Source of the DNA: a bacterium
GTDB taxonomy: Bacteria; Auribacterota; UBA3054
Length of the DNA: 64,000 nucleotides
Assembly (NCBI GenBank): GCA_017963805.1
Contig: JAGCTE010000006.1
Location: forward strand, 5,118 to 69,117
Direction: 5' to 3'
The position numbers and the translations under genes were made by a program. Positions 46,890 to 56,598 of this stretch are shown here, in pieces. The notes under the pieces were generated by a model. The model was not told the DNA's origin. It searched no databases and saw nothing but the letters and a program-made list of their open reading frames with translations. Every line of letters begins with the position of its first letter. Position 1 is the first letter of the stretch.

Positions 46890-47570
46890 ATGTGGAAAAA
46901 AACTAAAGATTTTTTCACCAACATCCTGTACAAAGTGATCTACTTTTTCGGCTGGTGCGGATTCAGGCTCCTCTTCTGCGTCGGCCACAGGTACAGGATC
47001 CACCGCACTGACAGGAAGAAGGTCCTGAAAGGCAGGAAGCAGGGCGTCCTCATCGTGGCGAACCACGCCAGCTTCCTGGACCCCGGCATCGTCGGCATCA
47101 TCTTCTTCCACCGCATCTGGTACCTGGCGAGGCAGTCGCTCTTCGAGAACAAGTCCTTCGCCTGGCTCATCACCGCGGTGGGCGCGCTGCCCATCTCCAG
47201 GGAGAAATTGGACCTGGCGACCTTAAGGCAGGTCAAGACTTACATCGAAGAAGGCCGCGACGTTCTGCTCTTCCCGGAGGGAACGAGGACGGACGACGGC
47301 GAACTGCAGGAAGGCCAGGCCGGCGTAGGCTTCTTCGCCGACAAAGTGAAAGCGGACATTCTCCCCGTCTATGTCAAGGGATCCTTCGAGTCCTGGCCGA
47401 AGAGCGGCGAATATCACTTCGCCAAGCTTGATTCCATAGTAGGAGACCTGATCCCCTACGAACACTGGCAGACGCTGCCAAGCGGCCGCGAGCGCTACCA
47501 GCTCATCGCCAACGGCATCATGGAAAAACTCGCAGAACTGAAAAAAGAGCTGGAAGAGATCAAGAAATGA
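46890..47570 (+). CDS. plsC: 1-acyl-sn-glycerol-3-phosphate acyltransferase.
   Basis: HX4D motif ANHASFLDP and FPEGTRT motif. Confidence 0.8.
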   Translation: MWKKTKDFFTNILYKVIYFFGWCGFRLLFCVGHRYRIHRTDRKKVLKGRKQGVLIVANHASFLDPGIVGIIFFHRIWYLARQSLFENKSFAWLITAVGALPISREKLDLATLRQVKTYIEEGRDVLLFPEGTRTDDGELQEGQAGVGFFADKVKADILPVYVKGSFESWPKSGEYHFAKLDSIVGDLIPYEHWQTLPSGRERYQLIANGIMEKLAELKKELEEIKK

Positions 47571-48526
47571 AAGAGAAAAGCGGCATAATCTTCATGGGAA
47601 CGCCCCAGATGGCGGCCGACTGCCTGAAAAGGCTCATAAGAGATGGCCGTCCCGTCAAGGCTGTCTTCACCCAGCCCGACAGGCCCGTCGGCAGACATCG
47701 CGAAATCACGCCGAGCCCCGTGAAATCTGTCGCTAAGGAAAACAACATCCCTGTCTACACTCCGGAAAGCCTTAAGACCAAGGAAGTGGAAGATCTCTTC
47801 AACGAGCTCTCCCCCAAAGTCGCGATCGTCGTGGCCTATGGCAAGATCATTCCCACGAATCTGCTTGCCATTCCGGAAAGCTTCATCAATCTGCACTTTT
47901 CGCTCCTGCCTCTCTACAGAGGCGCCGCGCCGGTGCAACGAGCCCTCTACGACGGCCAGACCGTAACGGGCGTCTCGATCCAGTACCTGGCGGCCAAATT
48001 GGACGCCGGCGACATCATTGCCGATGCTCCCTTCACCATAAACCCCAAAGACACCACAGAGACGCTCTGGGAGCGTTCTGTGGCCATCGGTGCGTCGCTC
48101 CTGACCAGGATAGCCGCCCAGCTTCTCGAGGGCCGCCTCCCCGCCACTCCGCAAGACGAGACGAAGGTCACCTACGCCGCCAAGATGGCCCGCGAGGACG
48201 GCTTCATCGACTGGACCTGGAACGCCAAGATGATCCACAACCATATCCGTGCCTGCAACCCCTGGCCCGGCGCCGTCACCTGGAGAAAAGGCAAGGAAAT
48301 AAAGCTCTGGGGAAGCGAATGGCCCGTTCCCGCGCCCGGCCCCCTTGGCAGCCCCGGCGAAATAATTACGACGAAAAAAGAGCTCTTCGTCTGCGCCATA
48401 GACGGCTTCATTAAGATAACCGACCTGCAGCCCGCGGGCGGCGCGAGGCAGAAAGCGGAAGCTTTTGTCGCCGGTTTAAGAGGCGAAAAGGCTTTTCTGG
48501 AAAACAAACCAGAGGACGTTGAATGA
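47567..48526 (+). CDS. fmt: Methionyl-tRNA formyltransferase.
   Basis: IIFMGTPQMAADCL N-terminus. HFSLLPLYRGAAPVQRAL catalytic block. C-terminal Fmt domain. Confidence 0.85.
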   Translation: MKEKSGIIFMGTPQMAADCLKRLIRDGRPVKAVFTQPDRPVGRHREITPSPVKSVAKENNIPVYTPESLKTKEVEDLFNELSPKVAIVVAYGKIIPTNLLAIPESFINLHFSLLPLYRGAAPVQRALYDGQTVTGVSIQYLAAKLDAGDIIADAPFTINPKDTTETLWERSVAIGASLLTRIAAQLLEGRLPATPQDETKVTYAAKMAREDGFIDWTWNAKMIHNHIRACNPWPGAVTWRKGKEIKLWGSEWPVPAPGPLGSPGEIITTKKELFVCAIDGFIKITDLQPAGGARQKAEAFVAGLRGEKAFLENKPEDVE

Positions 48527-49722
48527 CGGCCAGGCAGCTGGCCCTCGCCGCGCTCCTAAATTGGCAGAAAGATCCCCAAAGCCATCTGGAGCAGCACATC
48601 AAGGGAAACCTCCCTCCCAAAGACCTTGACCTCGCCTACACCATCTGCCGCGGCGTCCTGAAAGAAAAGTCTTTTTTGAAAGCCACTCTCAAGCGTTATC
48701 TCAAAAAAGACAAGCTTCCCAAAGCAACTGAAACCATCCTGCTCATTGCCGCCTATCAAAGGCTCTTCCTCACGAAGATCCCCAACTACGCCATCATTTC
48801 CGAAGCGGTCAAATTAGCCAAGCAAAAATCCCCCGCCCACGCCTCTCTCGTCAACGCCGTCCTACGCAATCTCGACCGAGACATCACGGAAGGCTTCGAT
48901 CCCAACAAACAAGACCTTTCCCTTTCTGAGCGCTACTCCCATCCCCAGGAACTCATCGACTTAATAAACGACGAGACCAAAGATCAGGCCCTAACGGAAC
49001 AGATCCTTATTTGGGACAACGCCAAACCGAAAACTTTCCTAAGACTGAAAAACGGCGGCTATGAAGAATGCCTTGACGTCAAGGCGGCCGTCAACAGTCC
49101 TGAGTTCAAGCAAGGCGAGATCTACTTCATGCAGCTCTGGTCGCAAGCCGTGGCCAACGCCGCGCCCGTAAAAGACGGCAGCAAAGTCCTTGACCTCTGC
49201 GCCGCCCCCGGCGGCAAGAGCCTCGCCCTCTTGGACCGAGCCAAAATAAAACTCACCGCCTGCGACCTCTCCGAAACCAGACTCTCGCAACTTAGAGAAA
49301 ACTTCGCGCGCCTCGGCTACGAAAACGATTCTAGTATCACAATAAAACAAATTGACGCCCGCATAGCCCAGACAGAGTTCCCGCCAGAATCTTTTGACCT
49401 TGTGCTCCTCGACGCCCCCTGCTCAAGCCTAGGCACCATCCAACGCAATCCCGAACTCAGGTGGCGCTTCAAAATTGACCAGCTCGCTGAATACGCCGCG
49501 CTCCAGAAAAGCATTCTAAATGCCGCCCAAACCTTGGTCGCTCCCCAAGGCTATCTCCTCTACGCCGTCTGCTCTTTTGCCAAAGCCGAGCGCGAGGCCG
49601 CGGACCTCCTCCGCCAGGACAAAAATTGGATTTTAAAAGAAGAAAAGCTCACCTACCCCGGCGAGCAGAACCTTTTCGACGGCGGCTACTTCGCTCTCTT
49701 CCAGAAAAAGAGCGGAACTTGA
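48523..49722 (+). CDS. rsmB: 16S rRNA (cytosine-C5) methyltransferase RsmB/Sun with an N-terminal NusB-like domain.
   Basis: SAM motif LDLCAAPGGKSLAL and catalytic DAPCSSLGTIQRNPELRW. Conserved fmt-rsmB synteny. Confidence 0.8.
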   Translation: MTARQLALAALLNWQKDPQSHLEQHIKGNLPPKDLDLAYTICRGVLKEKSFLKATLKRYLKKDKLPKATETILLIAAYQRLFLTKIPNYAIISEAVKLAKQKSPAHASLVNAVLRNLDRDITEGFDPNKQDLSLSERYSHPQELIDLINDETKDQALTEQILIWDNAKPKTFLRLKNGGYEECLDVKAAVNSPEFKQGEIYFMQLWSQAVANAAPVKDGSKVLDLCAAPGGKSLALLDRAKIKLTACDLSETRLSQLRENFARLGYENDSSITIKQIDARIAQTEFPPESFDLVLLDAPCSSLGTIQRNPELRWRFKIDQLAEYAALQKSILNAAQTLVAPQGYLLYAVCSFAKAEREAADLLRQDKNWILKEEKLTYPGEQNLFDGGYFALFQKKSGT

Positions 49723-49788
49723 TTCTACGAGTTGTTTTTTATAAAATATTCTAGAAACGGTTTTCATTTTATTATCGAGGGACATGTT

Positions 49789-50976
49789 ATGAAAAAAGCA
49801 TTGGCTTTGTTTTTGCTCATAGCCTGCACCAGTCTTTTCGCGGAAGACGTCTCCGTAAAGCCCGCGGGTGAAGGCACCGCGGAAAGTCCCTATTTGTTCG
49901 ACAGCTTGGAAAACTTTTTCTGGCTAAGAAAACAAACCTCCGAAATGGATCCCAACGTTCCGGTCTATTGCAAGCAGATAAAAGACATCGACGCCAGCGC
50001 CACGCAGCAAGGCGGCGATTACGCATGGTCGGACATAAACTTTTCCCAAAACAACCTTTTCGTCTACGATGGTCAAGAATATACTATCTACGGTCTTGAA
50101 CCGAACGAAAAAGGCGCCCTTTTCGGCACCGGCTACATGCAGCTCAAAAACATCCGAATACAAGGCGCGGAAGGGATCAAGACCTGCGCTTTGGCGAAAA
50201 ACTTATCTTCAGACAAAAGCAGAAACGGCTGTTTTGAGAATTGCTATATCAAAGGGCTTTTGGTAGAGACGCCAGCATTAGCAGATACAGTTAGAGGCAT
50301 GTTCATAAAAATCGAAGATTGTATCGTTGAAGCGGACATAGAAATAAAAAACGAGAAAACATCAAGCGGCGCTTTAATAAACTTTATGTACATTAAGGGA
50401 GGAACAAACAGCGTAAGAAAAACTTGTTTTAAGGGAAAAGTAAAAACAAAACCTCTATCGCACGTTTGTGGGTTAACGGTAACTTTGACATTAGGAAGCG
50501 TGCTTAACAACACCGAACTTAAAATAGAAGATTGCTACACGGATCTAACCGTGGAATGCGATCCTGATGACAGACATACCGTCACCGGACTAATAGGCGC
50601 TGCGGATATGAGCATTTACTCGAACGTAGTTTTGAGTATCGAGCGTTGCTACACGACGTGCGAGGCAAGCGAAAGCATGGATTATGGCGCTGCATACATT
50701 TATCAACTGACAAATACTGTCAACACGTTGAACATAAAGGGCTGTTATTACAGAGAGGCTCCACATTTCACCGACGATTACGCGATCGGAAAGACCGATG
50801 AGGAAATGAAGCAACAGGCCACTTTTGAAAACTGGGACTTTGAGAATGTCTGGGACATCGACGAAGGCAAAACCATGCCTTATTTCATATCCGAACTTCC
50901 CGAACCGACAGGAATGGCAATTATGTTTTTGATGCTTCTAGTAAAAATCGGAGACTCTAAAATAACAAAAAAATAA
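49789..50976 (+). CDS. Family-A GLUG-like repeat surface protein with a PEP-CTERM-like anchor, copy A2.
   Basis: Start taken at MKKALALFLLIACTSLFA (signal peptide; the ORF track starts 19 codons earlier). PAGEGTAESPYLFDSLENFFWL N-terminal motif. I(K/E)DCY repeat units. ATFENWDFENVWDIDEGKTMPYFISELPEPTGMAIMFLMLLV tail. Confidence 0.65.
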   Translation: MKKALALFLLIACTSLFAEDVSVKPAGEGTAESPYLFDSLENFFWLRKQTSEMDPNVPVYCKQIKDIDASATQQGGDYAWSDINFSQNNLFVYDGQEYTIYGLEPNEKGALFGTGYMQLKNIRIQGAEGIKTCALAKNLSSDKSRNGCFENCYIKGLLVETPALADTVRGMFIKIEDCIVEADIEIKNEKTSSGALINFMYIKGGTNSVRKTCFKGKVKTKPLSHVCGLTVTLTLGSVLNNTELKIEDCYTDLTVECDPDDRHTVTGLIGAADMSIYSNVVLSIERCYTTCEASESMDYGAAYIYQLTNTVNTLNIKGCYYREAPHFTDDYAIGKTDEEMKQQATFENWDFENVWDIDEGKTMPYFISELPEPTGMAIMFLMLLVKIGDSKITKK

Positions 50977-50995
50977 AAGGTCAACAGGAAATCAC

Positions 50996-52432
50996 ATGGA
51001 AAAAGGAATCGAAAAAGAACAAACATTCTGGCTTGTTTTGGCGACAAGTTTTGTGATTTTGAAAAGTTTAACTATATATGCCTATCAAACAGAATTTCTG
51101 AATATTATTGGTAATACCAACGTGGCAATTGGAAAATCATCGGTGTCATATGACATTGATTATAATGTTAATGGCAATATTTTGAATTGCCATTCAAGTG
51201 TCTTTGATGTAGAAGGCGATGTCCTTGACGAAAGCGTTCCTGGCAGCCAGAATCTTGATCTGTTTTTTACCGCACCCTCTCATGAGTGCGTTTTGATTAT
51301 TGAGGCTTCAATAACTTATCAAACATATATATATCCATGGGAATATCATGTCCTTTCAGCAACTAGAAATGTAAATGTTCAAAAGCCGTTTTTGCATACC
51401 ATTAGAACAGGCTTAGACGGTGTTACTTATGAAGACAACAGCATAGCTGTGCCCATTCATTGGAATATAGATGATGATGACAAATCCGGGTATGGCGGAG
51501 GCTCCAATGCAGATTATGGGGAAGATTATAGACAATACGAATTTTTGTCTAGCGGTATTGATGACGATTTATATAGTATACAAGCAAGCGTAACAAATGC
51601 CGATTTTAATGCATCTGGTTGTATATTAAAAATAAAAACCCCAGACTCTATGCGTTTGTGGTTTTCTCAAAACAAAAGCACGCTATGCTGTGATACGAAT
51701 AGCATTTATAGAACGCGTTGCAACATTGTAAATTGGTTCAATACTCACGCAAACTCAGCGGGAAACAGGTTGTATGTCGAATGGGTGGTTCCGCCAAACA
51801 CGACTACAAACGAATGTATTGAGTTTTACTGTAACGACATTCAATTTGCCGAATTGCGTTATAAAGGTTATGCCGTTACGGTTGGAGGGCTACCAAACAA
51901 AGCAGAAAGAGCGTTTTTTGAAACAAATTGCTATTTTTTGGATGGGTGCGAATGGCGTATTGCACCCGGCGGCGGAACTCACGTGCATGATCGCAATTCC
52001 TTATCGGAATCTATAGATCCAACCTGGGAGAGATACGGGGAAGAGTTTGTTGCAACAACCAGCGCACCGCTCTGCACAAACATTTATTTTTTGCGTACAG
52101 CAATGTATAATAACTTCCAATGCCGTTGCATCAGCATGGATTCCTTTTATGACCAGAATCACATATTTAGCGAAGCCGACGCAACGGCTTTTTTCACAAT
52201 CTATAATTTCTGGCATGATAATTTCTCAAATATCCGCTTTACAGCGATATCATATACTACAACGGACAGTTTGCGGCACGCAAAATTAATGATGCCAATA
52301 GGGTTAATTGTCATTCTTCTTGGGCAATGGTTTCAAGCCGTTTTTTCAATAGGCCAAAAATCGTTCATAGAGCCGAGCAGCTTGGACCAATTAAAACAAT
52401 TCAAAAAACTTACATTATGGTTCCATCGCTAG
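50996..52432 (+). CDS. Family-B secreted protein, copy B2 (HWNIDDDD / CEW motif family).
   Basis: N-terminal hydrophobic segment. VPIHWNIDDDDKSGYGG and LDGCEWRIAPGG motifs shared with B1 and B3. Markedly AT-rich coding sequence. Confidence 0.6.
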   Translation: MEKGIEKEQTFWLVLATSFVILKSLTIYAYQTEFLNIIGNTNVAIGKSSVSYDIDYNVNGNILNCHSSVFDVEGDVLDESVPGSQNLDLFFTAPSHECVLIIEASITYQTYIYPWEYHVLSATRNVNVQKPFLHTIRTGLDGVTYEDNSIAVPIHWNIDDDDKSGYGGGSNADYGEDYRQYEFLSSGIDDDLYSIQASVTNADFNASGCILKIKTPDSMRLWFSQNKSTLCCDTNSIYRTRCNIVNWFNTHANSAGNRLYVEWVVPPNTTTNECIEFYCNDIQFAELRYKGYAVTVGGLPNKAERAFFETNCYFLDGCEWRIAPGGGTHVHDRNSLSESIDPTWERYGEEFVATTSAPLCTNIYFLRTAMYNNFQCRCISMDSFYDQNHIFSEADATAFFTIYNFWHDNFSNIRFTAISYTTTDSLRHAKLMMPIGLIVILLGQWFQAVFSIGQKSFIEPSSLDQLKQFKKLTLWFHR

Positions 52433-52467
52433 ACCCGGAAGGTAATTCTTTGGAGGAGGAATAAAAT

Positions 52468-53427
52468 ATGATGCTAGTTGTTTGTATAGTTTTATTCTCA
52501 TCTATTGTTTTTGGAATAGAGCCGGAAAGGTTTACTTCGTTATTGGAAAAAGCGGGGCAAACGCCTGCTATTGTTTTTGAAAAGGACGATTTTTCTTGGG
52601 ATAAATATCCGGCGGAAGTCAAAACGAATTTCATTGATGGCGTTAACGCGCAGGACCAACTTAACAAACTGGCTCCTTCTGAAACGATTCCCATCTTGTT
52701 TGATTTACTTGAAAACGGCAAGGACATCGAAAAAGCGATTCCTTTATATCTTGAAAAACACGGGTATTACACCAATTCATTTACCGAAGAAATTTATAAG
52801 CAAATAAGAGATCAAGGCGGGATTAGTTGCGGGTACAGCGGACTGGGATCGTTAGCGTTTCCCTGGCTAACGAAGAAATATAGAGGTAAAGATTTCAACG
52901 AACGTGAGATCCAGTACTTCTGGTGGGTTTATGACAGAAAACATCTGCCTGAAATCTGGCAAACTTGGTATCGCTGCTGGCAGGAAGAGAACTCCAGACC
53001 GGAACCGAGAAAATATGTGCAAACACGTTTGCTTTCTGACGTTTCGTGTTTGGGATTTTATATCTTCCCTTACCTTGCGGAAACCCTGAAAAACGATAAG
53101 AGTTTGGAAGCGATTGTTGACATTTTTAAATCTTATCCGTGCTTTCCCATCAAAGGAGATTTTCAATTGTGGTGGGAAAATAACGAGGCTAGATACGCTT
53201 TTCCGGAAGCGAAAGGTTGGAATCACGCTCTAGAGATCATTCGCACAGAAAAATTAGCAGTATATGGATCGGCAAAGGAGAATATGTTTTTGTGGCACGA
53301 GCTTGCAGAAAAATATTATTCTGGCTATAATGTAAATCGGTATTGGTATTATTTTCTTTCCGACAAGGAAGAAATAAAAGAAGAAGATGTTACTGAGGCG
53401 ATTTGCAAAGCAATAGAAGACAAATGA
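52468..53427 (+). CDS. Family-C secreted W/Y-rich protein, intact copy C2.
   Basis: Signal peptide. FEKDDFSWDKYP, YFWWVYDRKHLPEIWQTWYRCWQEE and YWYYFLSDKEE motifs. It is homologous over its whole length to the C1 pseudogene pair and to C3 at 61099..62304. Confidence 0.6.
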   Translation: MMLVVCIVLFSSIVFGIEPERFTSLLEKAGQTPAIVFEKDDFSWDKYPAEVKTNFIDGVNAQDQLNKLAPSETIPILFDLLENGKDIEKAIPLYLEKHGYYTNSFTEEIYKQIRDQGGISCGYSGLGSLAFPWLTKKYRGKDFNEREIQYFWWVYDRKHLPEIWQTWYRCWQEENSRPEPRKYVQTRLLSDVSCLGFYIFPYLAETLKNDKSLEAIVDIFKSYPCFPIKGDFQLWWENNEARYAFPEAKGWNHALEIIRTEKLAVYGSAKENMFLWHELAEKYYSGYNVNRYWYYFLSDKEEIKEEDVTEAICKAIEDK

Positions 53428-53443
53428 TTTTAAAGGAGCGTTT

Positions 53444-54655
53444 ATGAAAAAAATATTTGTCTATATTTTTGTGCTTACAGGTTTGGTTTTCGCCGATTGT
53501 GGTCCCATAAAGCCCTTAGGCAAAGGGACACATGAGGATCCTTTTCTTTTTGCGCAGATCGGTAATTTTGCTTGGTTTGCGAACAATTATAAAAAGATCG
53601 AACATGGCCCAATCGTTTATTGCGTGCAGGTAAACGATATTGACGCCACGAAATCAAAAGACTGGTGGCGTTTCCCTATAATGCGGACGGATGATTATAT
53701 TTTGAATTACGATGGGCAAGGATATTCGATCAATAATCTTTGCATGGGCTGGTGTGATAACGAAACTGGCGGACTGTTCACGGAAGGCGTTTTCCAGTTG
53801 AAAAACATAAACCTTATTGAAGCGGAAAAGAACAGATATGAAAACACCGTCGGACTTTTAGTTGGGAAGCTATACGCGGGAAAAGGGCAGGAGGCGTTTG
53901 TCCGAAATTGTCATGTACAGGGAAAAACGACATACTGGCTTGCCAGCGCGTTTATCGGTAAGTTAACGGTTGGAAAAGGCGGCAAAATTGAAATAAGCGA
54001 TTGTTCCGTTGACGCGGAAATCAAAGACGGACCTGCGGGGCTGATCACGACGGTAAACAACCACGGAACATTGACGATTAAAAACACATCGATTAAGTGT
54101 CAAATCGATTATAATATCGATCCTTTGTCTTGGGGCGGAGATGTGAAGACCGCCGGTTTTATAAATCAGATTTTATTGTATAAAGGGTCAAAAACGAATA
54201 TCGAAGATTGCTATTCCGATGTTGATATTAATATTATGGTGAGATCCGCTGTCGCTTCCGGCTTTATAGGCGAATTGTTCAATCAGGACCATAGAGAGAG
54301 AGTCGATGTTGCGATCAAGCGTTGTTATTCTACAGGAACTATAAACAAGACCAACGGTTACGCGACGGCAAGTTTCCTATCCATAGTGGACAATCTCTAT
54401 ACCAACGAAGAGACCATAATTGTAAAGGATTGCTATTACAATTCCACGTCCTTTAAAAAAGGCGATAAATACGCGCTTCCCAAGACAGAAGAAGAGATGA
54501 AACAGTTGGCCACCTTCGAAAACTGGGACTTTGAGAATGTTTGGGACATCGATGAAGGCGAAAGCATGCCTTATTTCATATCCGAAATTCCTGAGCCCTG
54601 CGGAATGCTTGTGCTTCTTCTTTTGCCTTTGTTTTTAAGAAGAAACAAAAATTAA
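53444..54655 (+). CDS. Family-A GLUG-like repeat surface protein with a PEP-CTERM anchor, copy A3.
   Basis: Signal peptide. I(E/K)DCY / I(K)RCY repeat units. ATFENWDFENVWDIDEGESMPYFISEIPEPCGMLVLLLLPLFLRRNKN gives a PEP + TM + basic tail. Confidence 0.7.
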   Translation: MKKIFVYIFVLTGLVFADCGPIKPLGKGTHEDPFLFAQIGNFAWFANNYKKIEHGPIVYCVQVNDIDATKSKDWWRFPIMRTDDYILNYDGQGYSINNLCMGWCDNETGGLFTEGVFQLKNINLIEAEKNRYENTVGLLVGKLYAGKGQEAFVRNCHVQGKTTYWLASAFIGKLTVGKGGKIEISDCSVDAEIKDGPAGLITTVNNHGTLTIKNTSIKCQIDYNIDPLSWGGDVKTAGFINQILLYKGSKTNIEDCYSDVDINIMVRSAVASGFIGELFNQDHRERVDVAIKRCYSTGTINKTNGYATASFLSIVDNLYTNEETIIVKDCYYNSTSFKKGDKYALPKTEEEMKQLATFENWDFENVWDIDEGESMPYFISEIPEPCGMLVLLLLPLFLRRNKN

Positions 54656-56598
54656 AATTCTCCGGCGAAGGGGCCGGGGAGTATTTGGCCTTCGCGCTTC
54701 TTGCCCTCGAAGTCTGTGTCGAAAGTGATCGGCGTGCCGTCGGGGTTCTCGAAGGGCTGGTCGGGCTGGAAGGCTTTGCCCAAGGTCTCCGTGGTGATAA
54801 GTCTTACCGGATGGTTCTTTATCAGGTCGTAGAGGTTGGTCTTGAGTTTTAGTTTGCCGTCCTTTTCTTCCAATTCCACGAAAACTTTGCTTTGGTCGTC
54901 GACGATGGCGTTCCTCTCTTTTTTCCAGGGCTTGGCGCCGTTTAGGTAAACGTTCCCGGAGCACCAGACCGGCAGATAGCGGAAGTGGAATTTTTCCAGG
55001 GCGTCCATGTCGGGCGTTTCGTTTGCCATGTCGAAGTTGGCGATCCATTCCTCGTAGGTGGGAAATTCGTCGAAGACCGAGGTGCCCGTTTCGGTCTTGA
55101 ACTTGTAGTCGTCTTTCTTTATGAAGATGTTGTTGTAGATTCTGTCGTCGCCGTGCAGGATCGTCATGAAGCCCATGACTTCCGTGCGGTGCGGGATGTG
55201 GTACGGCGTGTAGCGCTGGCGGAGCTTGCCCTCGACCATTCCGTCGCAGCCGGCGTCGATAGAGGCGATGGGGCCCATGATGAGGTTGTGAACGAGAGCG
55301 AAGCCTTCCGTCGCCATCCTGAAGGAGACGTCGGAGAGCAGGATGTTGTTGTCTATGAGCGTGGGGCCGTGGCCGACTTCCACGAAGATGTCCTGGCTGC
55401 CCATGCCGCCCTCTAGGTGCTTTGCGAAGGTTGGGCGGTGGTTGTCGTGCAAAAGATTTTGGGTGATCCTGGTGCCCTGGGCTTCCCAGTCCGTCCAGAT
55501 GCCCATGACGCAATGATGGATGTGATTGCGTCGGATGGTGACGTCGATGGCGGCGTGCATCTTGATGCCCGCCACTTCCGCGCCGCCCAGTTCCATCATG
55601 GTGTTGATATGGTGGATGTGGTTGTCCTCTATGAGGGAGAAGACGCCGCCCATGCGGCCTATGATGCCACCCTGCTCGCAGTGGTGGATGTGGTTGCGGC
55701 GGATGATGTGGGAGCCAATTCTTTCCTTGAGCCAGCCGTGATATTGGCCGCGGCAGACCGCGTCGCGCTCCATCTGGGTCGGGCTCTTGACGTGCTTTAT
55801 GGTGAAGAAGTGTTCGTTTTCGGGGTCTAAGTATTTGCCAACGCAGATGCCGGCGCATTTGGAGAGCGAGATGTCGCAATCCTCGATGATCCAGCCCTTG
55901 GACCAATGCGGTCCTATCATGCCGTCCTGGAAGGCGGCGGGAGGAGCCCAGGTGGTGGCGGCCTTGTCGATCTTGAAGCCGCTGACGGTAATGTAGCTTA
56001 CGCCGGTTTTGGAGGGGAAGAAGCAGCGGCGGCGGACGGTGAATTCCACTTTCTCCTTGTTGGGATCCTTATCCTGGAAGTTGGCGTAGAAGACAGTATA
56101 GTCCCCTTCCTTTTCGGAATACCACTGGTAAAGGGACTTCTCCGGTTCCCAGGAAGTCTCGGATCTTTTTCCTTCCAGGCAGTCGTTTAAGGTCAGAGCC
56201 TCGTAGAGCGACTCGTCGTTCATGAAGACGCAGCCAGTGTGTCTTTTTTTCCCGGCGAAATACCAGTCACCGTAAACGAAGGTCGTGTAAGGATCGTAGT
56301 CGCCGAAGATGGCGGTCTTAACTTTGGCAGTCCAGACGCCGCCTTTGTAGGGTTTCCAGTCTGTCAGAAGTTCGGCGCCGGTGATCTCCGCGCCCAGAGG
56401 TTCTATGCTGCGGTAAACTATCCTCTGCTCTTCCGTGCCGGCGTTTTGGGGGTCAACGTACTCGCGGTAGAGGCCGGGGGCCACCAAAACTTCGTCGCCG
56501 GGTTGGGCGATTCGCGCGGCGTCGTTTATCTTCGCGAAGGGCTCTTCTTTCGTGCCGCGGCCGGGGGCTTTGGCTTTAGCGTCAACGTAGATGATCAT
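54652..56598 (-). CDS. Right-handed parallel beta-helix (pectin-lyase-fold) protein, cytoplasmic by sequence.
   Basis: 648 aa. Repeated NHIHHC units (RNHIHHCEQGG, EDNHIHHINT, RRNHIHHCVMG, LHDNHRPT) are typical of beta-helix coils. No signal peptide. Stop codon overlaps the A3 stop in a shared TTAA. Confidence 0.6.
   Translation of the reverse strand: MIIYVDAKAKAPGRGTKEEPFAKINDAARIAQPGDEVLVAPGLYREYVDPQNAGTEEQRIVYRSIEPLGAEITGAELLTDWKPYKGGVWTAKVKTAIFGDYDPYTTFVYGDWYFAGKKRHTGCVFMNDESLYEALTLNDCLEGKRSETSWEPEKSLYQWYSEKEGDYTVFYANFQDKDPNKEKVEFTVRRRCFFPSKTGVSYITVSGFKIDKAATTWAPPAAFQDGMIGPHWSKGWIIEDCDISLSKCAGICVGKYLDPENEHFFTIKHVKSPTQMERDAVCRGQYHGWLKERIGSHIIRRNHIHHCEQGGIIGRMGGVFSLIEDNHIHHINTMMELGGAEVAGIKMHAAIDVTIRRNHIHHCVMGIWTDWEAQGTRITQNLLHDNHRPTFAKHLEGGMGSQDIFVEVGHGPTLIDNNILLSDVSFRMATEGFALVHNLIMGPIASIDAGCDGMVEGKLRQRYTPYHIPHRTEVMGFMTILHGDDRIYNNIFIKKDDYKFKTETGTSVFDEFPTYEEWIANFDMANETPDMDALEKFHFRYLPVWCSGNVYLNGAKPWKKERNAIVDDQSKVFVELEEKDGKLKLKTNLYDLIKNHPVRLITTETLGKAFQPDQPFENPDGTPITFDTDFEGKKREGQILPGPFAGEF

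Noticed and set aside
44610-47111. Long antisense ORFs (44610..45692 and 45840..47111) opposite sat, the MiaB-like gene and plsC
   Set aside because: Plus-strand genes carry conserved catalytic motifs. Antisense translations are G/A/V/D/R-rich with no motifs.
54635-55906. 423-aa ORF on the same strand as the beta-helix gene but in another frame
   Set aside because: The product is extremely Arg/His/Pro/Gly-rich (RHLRWQILRPRKR...) with no structure-like pattern. The overlapping 54652..56598 frame has clear NHIHHC beta-helix repeats.
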